DNA of 64,000 nucleotides from Monocercomonoides exilis PA203. Lineage: Eukaryota > Protista > Preaxostyla. Location: the NCBI GenBank assembly GCA_001643675.2, contig LSRY02000040.1, positions 868,001 to 932,000 of the forward strand, written 5' to 3'. How positions within the stretch are numbered: the stretch's first letter is position 1; every line of letters starts with the position of its first letter. A program made the translations under genes and the position numbers. The notes beneath the pieces were generated by a model, which saw only the letters and a program-made list of their open reading frames with translations, ran no database searches and was not told the origin of the DNA. Below are positions 39,101-48,189 of this stretch, one piece after another.

Positions 39101-42087
39101 GTTCCTTTTTTCTGCTTTTCTTTTTTTCTTTTTCGATTTGCTTTCTTTTCTTGTATGCTTCCACGTCCCAAATCGGAATTCTGTTTGAAAGTGCTTCTTC
39201 TCCTTCAATTTCAAACATCTTATTCATTTTGGCTATGAAATCTGCTTTTATCATCTTCAAATGCCTCTTCTTCTCTTTCTCTTTCTCTTTTTCTTTTTCT
39301 TCTTCTTCAACTTCTTCTTCTTCTTTTTCTTGTTTAACATTGCAATTCTTCTTCTTCTTCTTTTGTTCTTTTTGCTTCCCTTTCCCTTCTTTCTCTCCCT
39401 TCTCTTCTTTTTCTTCCTTTTCATTTTCTTTTTGGTTTTTCATCTCTTCTTCCCATTCAAACGCAATTTTCACCATTTCTTCAGGCAAAAGTTTGTCAGC
39501 AATGTTGTTTGTGACACAAAGAGGGACATAAGAGAAGGGAGGAAAAGAGAAAGAAGAAGGAGAAGGAGAAGGAGAAGAAGAAGGAGAAGGAGAAGAAGAA
39601 GGAGAAGGAGAAGCAGAAGAAGATGACGATGATAAAGATGATGATAAAGAAGAAAAAGAAGAAGAAGAAGCATCAAAATTTCCAACAGAATCAAAGAAAG
39701 AGAAAGAGCTTGCTTCGTTTTTGCAGTTTGCAGACAACACACAGCAGATGAGATGAATAACGAGAGGAGGAAGAGAAGAAGAAAGAAGGACAGAAAGAAG
39801 ATGAAGACACAAAGAAACAGGAAGAGTTGGAATGGGAATGACGCGCACATTCTGAGAGGAGGGAGAAGAAGAAGAAGAAGAAGAAGGAGAAGGAGAAGAA
39901 GGAGAAGATGATGACGACGACGACGACGATGATGATGATGAAGATACAGAAGAGGAAGAAGATGCAGAGGAAGTTGCAGTGGAAGAGGAAGTTGTTATGA
40001 GTGTATCATTATCTTCTGTTCTCTTCACCACAAATCCAATTTCATTGTGTTGGTTTGCAGCTTCAATTTCAGGTGAAAGTTTCCTCTTTTCAGCTTCTCT
40101 TGCATTCTCCTTAGATTTCTCTCTTTCTTCTTCTTCCTCTTCCTCTTCCTCTTCCTCTTCCTCTTCAGAGCTCATTCCATTGCTGTTTCTTTTGCTCTCA
40201 AATGAATTCAGCGCTGTGCTTCCACAATCATTCCCTTTCTGAATAGCTTCCTTTTGTGGATAAAATTTTCTTTCCTTCTTTTCTATTTCCATTTCTTCTT
40301 CCTCTTCTTCCTCTTCCTCTTCTTCTTCTTCTTCTTCGTATTCTCCCTCTTCATATTCGCCTTCCTCATATTCATATTCATATTCTTCATACTCTGTCAT
40401 ACTCTCTTTTTTTGTTTCATCATCAATATTTTTCTCCTCAGTTTTTTCTTCCTCTTCTTCCTCTTCTTCCTCTTCTTCCTCCTCATCCTCTTCTTCCTCC
40501 TCATCCTCTTCTTCCTCCTCATCCTCTTCCTCTTCCTCTTCCTCTTCCTCTTCCTCTTCCTCTTCCTCCTCCATCTCTTTTCTTCCTCTCTCTTTTCTTC
40601 TTCTTCTTCTTTCATTTCTCCTTTTCTCTTCAACCTCTTTTTTAGCTTCTTTCGTTTCTTTTGTTTCTTCAATTTCTCTTTCGCTTTCAATTCGCACACA
40701 TTTAGGCACAAATCTCCAGAAGCAGCGAGCAAAAGGCAGCAGAAAATGCACCAAAAGGGAGCGAGCGAGGAGAAGAGAGAGCGGAAGATAGCGGATGGAG
40801 AAGAGGTCACGCACAAACTGCACCGTCGAAATGAAGTTGGACAGAAGATAATCCAACGCAGAGGCAGAAGACGTCTGCTTGCGTGTGGCCAATGAAGTTT
40901 TCTGTTCATTAGCAGATGATGATGATGATGTTTGAGAAGAAGAAGAAGAAGAAGAAGAAGAAGAAGAAGAAGAAGAAGAAGAAGAAGAAGAAGAAGAAGA
41001 AGAAGAAGAAGAAATTCCTTGTGAATCTTTTATCCTTTTCCATTTTGGCGATGGAAATGAGACAGAAGGTGTTGGGCATGCAAAGTCGTTTTCCACGCAT
41101 TTCACAATGGCTCGCGCATTTTCGGTGATTTCTGGAGATGCCCACTGGCCGCAGCTGGACAGATACACTTCTGCATCCTCCTGCAACTTGCACTCGTTGT
41201 GCTCCGCTTTCTCGCTTCCTTCTATTCTTCCTGTTCTTCCGATTCTTTCTTTTTGATCTCTAACGCCATTTCTATCGGTTCTTTCGCTCTTTTCACTCAT
41301 CATAACAGCCATGTCAAAGCACAGGAGCATAAGATATGAGCATATTCTATCAAGAAGGGGATAATAGATCACGCGAGGATTTTTGGAGCGCTTCTCATCC
41401 TTGTTTCCTTTGAACAAAATGCGAACAATTTTTTCATTCTTCAGTTTCATCACTGTTAGAATTGTTGTCTTCACAGCTGTTTGGATAAGCGGATCTCCAT
41501 TGTTGAAGAATACCATTGCCGAATCAAAGAGAGGAAAGCGAGACTGAAAAAAGCATTATTCATATTTGAGTAATTCAAATAAATTCATACCCCAAAAAAG
41601 AACAACGGAACATTCATTTCAGTTATCTTGAATCCGAGAGATCTGATAACAGAAATGTAGTAAGAAGCAATTTCGTTGTCCTTAAATGGAAGAGGCAGCT
41701 CCAAAATTTTATTTAATCGGTTATTCGATAAAAAACAAAGCAGAGTTGCCTCACTCCTTATATTCTGAATCATGATACTAATTGATTGCAGTATTTCTGC
41801 CTTTAAGGAGTTTTTGCAGTCACAGCACAAAACTTTCTCAAATCTTGGAAGTATTTGCTTATTTAGCTCTCTTAATGGGGTTTGAAAACAAAGGCAAATT
41901 TAAATAAATGCGCAAACGTTAGCATTCCATTATCCTCATTTGTTTCTGTTTTTAATAAATGATGCGTTAAGTTCTTTAGCGCACTAATCAAGTTACTTTC
42001 CGGTAATTTTTTGTTTTGATATGTTCTTGTCAAAAGTATGCAGCATTTCCTTACTGGGTCTATAACATAATTATCGCTTTTTTTCAT
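27105..42087 (-). CDS. Giant FPL-domain (CLEC16A/TT9/GOP-1-like) protein, ~4960 aa
   Basis: join(41918..42087,41591..41870,27105..41543). Splicing restores ILQSISIMIQNI..FLSNNRLNKIL..EIASYYISVIRSL..RFPLFDSAMVFFNNGDPLIQTAVKTTILTV, the FPL signature. The remainder is S/E/K low complexity. Confidence 0.85.
40936..41013. repeat. (GAA)n microsatellite encoding poly-Ser on the minus strand
   Basis: About 26 perfect GAA units. Confidence 0.95.
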
Positions 42088-42248
42088 AACGTTTTAAGAG
42101 TTAAAAGCTCTTGAAAACGTTCGATTTAGCACTAATTAACAATAATGATAATTTCAATATTAAATGCTTGGGAAAGATCAAGTTTCATCAAAATTTTTTT
42201 AATATTGCCATTTCATATTCAATTGCATCATTATTTATAACACAATCA

Positions 42249-42291
42249 AGACCTGTGCAACACGACATGCTATGTTTTGTAGCTGTCGGTC
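42249..42291. repeat. 43-bp dispersed motif, copy 2, followed by an A-tract
   Basis: 38/43 identical to 3628-3670. Confidence 0.85.
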
Positions 42292-42705
42292 CCTTAAAAA
42301 AAAAAAAAATTCGCCTTGATTTGTTTAAGAAATATCGGTATCAATAATAATATTAATTTTATGAAAATAATTAGAATTGTCCAAGAGATATGGTATATCA
42401 GCAATAGATCTATCTCGATTAAGATCAATCAAATATATCGATTTATGTGTATCTGGTGGTAGTTATCATCTTGTATAATAAGTTTGAATAGGCAATGATA
42501 ATAAGATAGAGATCAAGGGTTGTTGCTGATACTCTTAGGGGTTTATCATGATTGGATTTTCAGTGAAGTTCTATAAAGAAGGAGTTATTGATTGGTGTAA
42601 TCGAGATATATCCATAGCTGACATACCATATCTCCAAGAAGATGAATTAGCTGAAAGATTAACTGAAAGTGTCGAAGATGGTGAATTAATGTGACAATTG
42701 ATGCG

Positions 42706-42770
42706 ATCGTTGTTGAAATCGTTGTTGAAATCGTTGGTGAAATCGTTGATGTGAGCGTGTGTGAAATCGC
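42706..42770 (+). repeat. 12-bp iteron-like repeats (TGAAATCG core x4) upstream of the small TIR gene
   Basis: atcgttgttgaaatcgttgttgaaatcgttggtgaaatcgttg...tgaaatcgc; mirrored at 46310-46374. Confidence 0.85.
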
Positions 42771-42809
42771 AAATAAAAATAATCGATTAAGTTTTTAGTT
42801 TTTGAGCAA

Positions 42810-43022
42810 ATGGGTCGGAAGAAGATATACGCTACTGTGGAAGAAGCTAAAGCGGCTCAATAGAAACAAATTAAACAGTTTTAGGAAAACCGAAAGGAAG
42901 AAACTGTGTATTACAAGGAACATGTATCTGAAAAAAAGAAGAAATTGGTCGAAATATTGAGGAGAAAGCTTATCGAAAGTGATGAGCTGTTAGATGAGTT
43001 GATGGAATATGTTGATGGTTAA
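42810..43022 (+). pseudogene. Left-arm copy of the small basic protein, with two in-frame TAG codons
   Basis: MGRKKIYATVEEAKAAQ*KQIKQF*ENRKEETVYYKEHVSEKKKKLVEILRRKLIESDELLDELMEYVDG. TAG at 42861 and 42882 replaces CAG of the right-arm copy. Confidence 0.85.
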
Positions 43023-43419
43023 TGTGAATATGTTTATTTTTGGTCGAATGCGTTTTCTTGTTTGCCTGGACAGGGATGACAGGTTGAGCTGGACAGGTGA
43101 TGTGAGTGAGTGTGTGCTGTGGAGTGGAAATATTGAGTTAAATCTCCGTGCTGGAAGTGTGGATAGGGTCATTGCTGGACCGGATTTTTTTATTTCATTT
43201 GAAAAGTGCTACCAACATACCGTTTCTTCCAACAAGGGTGTTTTTCAATCAATTTGTCATGATTTTGAGGGTTTTTGCTTGAACAATAAGTATTGTCCTT
43301 TTGCCACATTGCCACATGGATTTGTTAGTGGCACACGTTATTTGTTCGTTGGTGGCACACATCAGTTATATTGTTTTTGTATTAATGATTCCAAAAAAAC
43401 GAATATGTTTAGTTAATTT

Positions 43420-45755
43420 CCACAGAATAGTCAAGTCATCTTCATCTTCTCGTCGTTTGAGGAATTGTTCATACTCTGGCTTGAGTTTCAACACCAGATT
43501 CTGTTTTCTCTTCAACCCAATCTTTTGTGCTCACATCTGTCTTTAATTTCCAGTTGGAATGAGCGATCGCAATTGATTTCAACTGGTCTGAAACATAGTG
43601 CCTCAGAACATCTCCATCCTTCTTTGAGTTTACTGTGATGCTCCTGACAGAACACATCGATGACAGAGAGTGACGTTGCAATGATATCTTCTTTTGCCTC
43701 CGTTGTTGGAATAGCCCTTGTGTTGAAATTGGTGAAAACTTTGCTGATAAATTAACAGAGAAGTTGTTCATAGAATTCATTGTCGAAAGAGTTTGCGAAA
43801 TCCTAAAGGAATGTGAGATTGTTCTTGTATTTTGAGTTACAATCACAAACAACATATCTTCTGTCTCCAATCTCAATCTTTACTAGGTATGTGTGATTTG
43901 TCCCAAATATGAAATAAGCTACGTTCTCAGCTGTTCTTCTTGGCTAATTCTTCTCATTGATTCTGATTGTTGAATCCGTGATTATTCTCTTCTATGTTTC
44001 AAAGTTAGCTGTTCGATCATCTCCAACATTTTTCAATTCGTCGAGTACAATAAGCATTTTTCCTTCGACGATGGAGTTGAACAGTCCTGTCAGTTCTGCA
44101 ATCTCTGTCACATTCGGACATGAATATCCTGCCAACAGTTCAGCAAGTTCATTTGTCCAGGTATTCTTTCCAATACCTTGCAAACCTTTGAGAACAAGTG
44201 ATGTTTCTGTTTTTTCACCAGGATTTTGAACAATTGATGAAATCCAACAGAGGATGTATTGATAGAGTTCTTCGTTGTTGTTGGCGATAACTTCTCGTGT
44301 GAAATCGAGGAATGGTTTGATGATTTCGTCATTTTGTTCGTTTGCCATTAGATATTTAAACCCATGGAACAGAGAGAATATTCGAGAGTTTTCTGAGAAG
44401 AACTTTTCCCCATCAATCGATAGAACATGAGAGTATTGTCCGAAAGCTGTCTCAACTGTGAGAGTCTTTTTGTTATCATGGCAGAGTTTTATTGTTATGA
44501 AGAGTTCGTGCATTGCTGATTTTGTTTTGAATGTTATTGAATAACAAGAGGTGTGAATGTCAAACTCTTTCACAATGAATTCCATCCTTGCTTCAACTAA
44601 CCTCAGAACTTTTGTGAGATCTTCAGCGACTTCAGACAGTGAGGAGTATTGTTTTCGATTAGCTTTTTCCCTGATTTCAGAGAATGAGAACGATGAGTTG
44701 AGATCTATTTCATGAACAGTAATCTCTCGTGGAGGTTCTTCCTTTTGCTCATTCTCTTTTCTGAAGAGTGGAATGATCACATCGTTGTAATATGTTGGAT
44801 TCCATCTCTTGACAATCTTTTGCAGAACAAATGGATGTGATTTGTGACCTCTGTATCTGTTTCTGTTTCGTTTCTCTTCATAGTGAGTGATTGCATTTGC
44901 TGTCAGAGCAACCGTCTCTCTGATTTGATTGAAAAGAAAATCAATCGATTGGTTGTCGAAACCATTAATGTTGACGAGTGAGTTGAGAGCTGCAAATAAT
45001 GGTAAAAGAGTTAACTCAGAATCAAGTGACAAAGAACCTGTATCGTTATGTATTTCAACATCTTTGAGTCCATCAACAAGAGCAAGAGCAACGATTGGAG
45101 ACGTATCTACAACACCATTTTGTGTGAGAAGATTGTGTGGTTCAGCTGCCATTGCCACTGATGTATTCTCTGTTTTGAGTTCAATACCGAAGATATCAAG
45201 AACATTCTCTAGTGATGAAAGATATCTGAGCTCTCAGTAATTATTGAGGGGAGTGTATTTTGTGATAATTCTCTTACGCTCTTTCATCTCTTTGTCTGAT
45301 GAGTCAGCTTGATCAACAAGTCTCTGTTTTCCATCTCCAATACCTGCAAAAATGTCGATATCGTACACCGAACTCGTGAACACTTTGGTTTGTGATGAAC
45401 ATTTGAGGTGATAACCACACAGCTCACAATAAATATGAAGACCACCATGAGCTGTTTGAACAAGAACGACATTTCGAGGGAGTTTCTCGAATATGGAATT
45501 CCTGATGGTTTTCATTTGTTCAGCTTGAATGGATTTGTTGATGTCAACATCAACGACACAAAGATCCTCACATTTTCTGATATTGACAGCTGTTCCAGTG
45601 TGTCGTTTGTCCTGCTTCTTGTTAGAGTATTTTTTGTGGTCCAACAAGTCAGCAATGTGATCTTTCATTCGTTCTCCCATCGTTTGCTGTTCTGTTGACA
45701 TTGAATCAATTAATTGTTGGATAAAGTTGTCAAAGTCTGTTTGGGGGTTTCTCAT
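43420..45755 (-). pseudogene. Prim-Pol (AEP superfamily primase-polymerase) fused to an SF3 (D5/NrS-1-type) helicase, ~780 codons, disrupted
   Basis: One frame from ATG 45755. AEP motifs: LCVVDVDIN, VQTAHGGLHIY, YDIDIF. Helicase motifs: Walker A GLQGIGKNT, Walker B MLIVLDE, motif C FIFGTN, Arg finger GDRRY. In-frame stops at 45234, 43992, 43944, 43803, 43752, 43512 and 43488, plus a probable terminal frameshift. Confidence 0.92.
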
Positions 45756-45972
45756 TTCATAAAAATAATAAAAAAACAAATTTTTTTTGAAACAGATTTA
45801 TTTATGAAACGTAAATTTACGGGGAAGATGACGATGAGGTTAATGTCGAACTTTGACGGGGAACAGTTAATTTTCACATTAAATGTATTTTGCCTTCTTT
45901 GCCCAGTTTGCCCGTTTGCCCACATATTTTGGAGAATGTTATTGACCCGGTGCACCCAGTGCAGGTGGAAAA

Positions 45973-46694
45973 GCTCGGAGATTTATCTCAATATTTCCCA
46001 GCCACAGCATCACTCACATTACCTGTCCAGCTTAACCTGTCCACCCTGTGCAGGCAAACAACCATTAACTTTTTCCATCAACTCATCTAACAGCTCATCA
46101 CTTTCGATAAGCTTTCTCCTCAATATCTTAATCGACTTCTTCTGTTTCTCAGTTACATGTTCGCTGTAATACTTCGTTTCTTTTCTACGTTTTTCCTGAA
46201 ACTGTTTAATTTGTTTCTGTTGAGCCGCTTTAGCTTCTTCCACAGTAGCGTATATCTTCTTCCGACCCATTTGCTCAAAAACTAAAAACTTAATCGATTA
46301 TTTTTATTTGCGATTTCACACACGCTCACATCAACGATTTCACCAACGATTTCAACAACGATTTCAACAACGATCACATCAATTGTCACATTAATTCACC
46401 ATCTTCGACACTTTCAGTTAATCTTTCAGCTAATTCATCTTCTTGGAGATATGGTATGTCAGCTATGGATATATCTCGATTACACCAATCAATAACTCCT
46501 TCTTTATAGAACTTCACTGAAAATCCAATCATGATAAACCCCTAAGAGTATCAGCAACAACCCTTGATCTCTATCTTATTATCATTGCCTATTCAAACTT
46601 ATTATACAAGATGATAACTACCACCAGATACACATAAATCGATATATTTGATTGATCTTAATCGAGATAGATCTATTGCTGATATACCATTTCT
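45973..46694 (-). repeat. Right long inverted repeat
   Basis: Mirror of 42386-43152. Confidence 0.95.
46019..46270 (-). CDS. Small basic helical protein (83 aa) encoded in the right inverted repeat; possibly DNA-binding
   Basis: Intact ORF MGRKKIYATVEEAKAAQQKQIK...; the paralogue in the left arm keeps the same frame with conservative substitutions. Confidence 0.7.
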   Translation of the reverse strand: MGRKKIYATVEEAKAAQQKQIKQFQEKRRKETKYYSEHVTEKQKKSIKILRRKLIESDELLDELMEKVNGCLPAQGGQVKLDR

Positions 46695-46699
46695 TTTTT

Positions 46700-47420
46700 G
46701 AATTTATCCCAAAGAATTTATAGAATATCGTTGATATGATTGCATATAACATGAGCTGCAGTTTCATTTTATTCCAGTCTCGTTTTCCACATCTGTTTGG
46801 GTGAGATCCAGCTCATGAAGATGTTGTTACATGAATGAAGGATAACAAATTGATCAAGGAAGAAAGAGAACAAAGAAATTTGGAATTCACAGCCATTGTT
46901 GAAGTAATTCGTAGATCAGGGACCGAATGAGAAACTTAGCTTAAAGCAATTCACAAAAAAAATGATTATATTAACAATAACTTTGTTAATATGCAAGCTT
47001 TAAATATCAGAGAGAACAGACGTGAGAAATTCAATGTTTAAAGAAGAAGGAATAAAACTTGATGCAAGACTGATAACTTTAGAGACACGCAATGAGATTG
47101 CTGTTCCATATTTATCAGAGTTTCTTTTGATTTGTCCTGCATTCGCAATTAAGACATTGTGGGATAGAGTTCAACAAGCCAACCCAAACACAAACAGTCT
47201 GCTCCTTAATACAAACACATTTGCTCCATTTAAAGCAGGAGGGAATCGGAGAATTGCCGAGGAAGCGCTGCTCAACGCAGGGAAACCAGAAACATATTCT
47301 CCATTCTCAATCATGGCAGCATCGATTTCGGCTTTGACAATGGCAGGTTTTCCTCCAGCTCAGATTACAAATGCAGATTTAGCCTCATTAATGGGCAAGG
47401 TGATTGCTATTTCAGGAGAA
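46700..47420 (+). pseudogene. Decayed DIRS-type tyrosine recombinase
   Basis: Fragments AAVSFYSSLVF, KEIWNSQPLLK*FVDQGPNEKLSLKQFTKK and ICPAFAIKTLWDRV..ALLNAGKPETYSPFSIMAASISALTMAGFPPAQI. The catalytic R and HxxR are degenerate and the Tyr segment appears deleted. Confidence 0.75.
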
Positions 47421-48189
47421 GGATTGACAAAGCAGGCACAACACGCTGAAGAAGAGGAAAAGCGAGGAAAAGAAGTGTGCAATTGTGAAAAAGCAGTGTG
47501 ACATTTGGAAAAGAAATGACAGAAACCAAGTGATAGACGACTCCCAAACAACAATGCCTTCGATGATTGAAGAACCAAAGGAAGATGAGAAAGAGGATTC
47601 AGAATATGACAAAAGGTTCATTATTCGAGAAAGAGTACAACAAAGGAAAGAAAAAATTCAGAAGGAATGGATAATATTAAAAGCTGCGGTTATGATGGAA
47701 TCAGAAACCCTCAACAAACATGTGATCTCAATAAAAGAGAAGGAATTGAATAAATTTGTTTTTTTCAAATTAAAGTCACATCAAATTATAGAAAAAAGAT
47801 TGAATGGCAATAAAACAAAAAACTGCGAGAAATGAAGGAAATAATAAAATAGAATTATATAATGATAATCAAAACAAAAGAAAGAAAACATACGATGATC
47901 AAATCTTATATTTAATCTTGGAACAACCTTATATTGCGATGGGACAATACATAAATCTGTTGGAAGAGAAAATTAAGGAGAAATTATTTTAATTTGAAAA
48001 TTATAATTTCCAAGAATAAATATATAATTAAGAAAATCATAAGATAATTAAAAAAATTAAAAAAAAAATGAATAAAAATGATTAAAAATAACGAAATTAT
48101 TTCGAAAAATTTATAATGAAATAATCAAGTTGTAATTGAATAAAAAAAAATTAACAGATAAAAAAACAATCTCCTTCCCTTCTCTCCTT

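Larger units (their letters stand above)
42386..43152 (+). repeat. Left long inverted repeat
   Basis: Mirrors 45973-46694; position x pairs with 89080-x in the outer part. Confidence 0.95.
42386..46694. mobile_element. Inverted-repeat-bounded element encoding a Prim-Pol/SF3 helicase fusion (linear-replicon, transpoviron or Polinton-derived type)
   Basis: 42390-42890 is the reverse complement of 46190-46690 with about 3 differences. Homology continues in patches to ~43152/~45973. The central gene is a primase-helicase. No TSD seen. Confidence 0.85.

Noticed and set aside
27253-41193. Dozens of overlapping poly-K/R/F/L/E ORFs on alternative frames and strands (also within 8164-12220 and 60246-63717)
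   Set aside because: They are shadows of stop-free (GAA/TCT)n tracts inside the real genes.
42386-42695. Extra gene in the outer arm (..MIGFSVKFYKEGVIDWCNRD..GELM)
   Set aside because: Only 48 open codons preceded by several stops, overlapping a hairpin, with no recognisable motif.
42706-42770. CRISPR-like array (also considered for 6114-6243 and 430-510)
   Set aside because: The repeats are tandem with no unique spacers, there are no cas genes, and the context is eukaryotic.
42810-45236. Alternative genetic code (TAR=Gln, as in some oxymonads) in the element, suggested by CAG-to-TAG changes at 42861, 42882 and probably 43944
   Set aside because: Other stops fall where Leu (FET*K), Tyr (LLC*F) or probably Trp (NNY*E, a TGA) are expected, there is a frameshift, and host genes end in TAA/TAG. 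Ordinary decay explains the pattern.
43992-45779. Two separate genes (primase and helicase), as in the ORF track
   Set aside because: They share one frame separated by a single TGA, and the helicase motifs continue past 43992.
42370-46710. Target-site duplication around the Prim-Pol element
   Set aside because: The flanks (ttgtccaag and tttttgaat) show no direct repeat.
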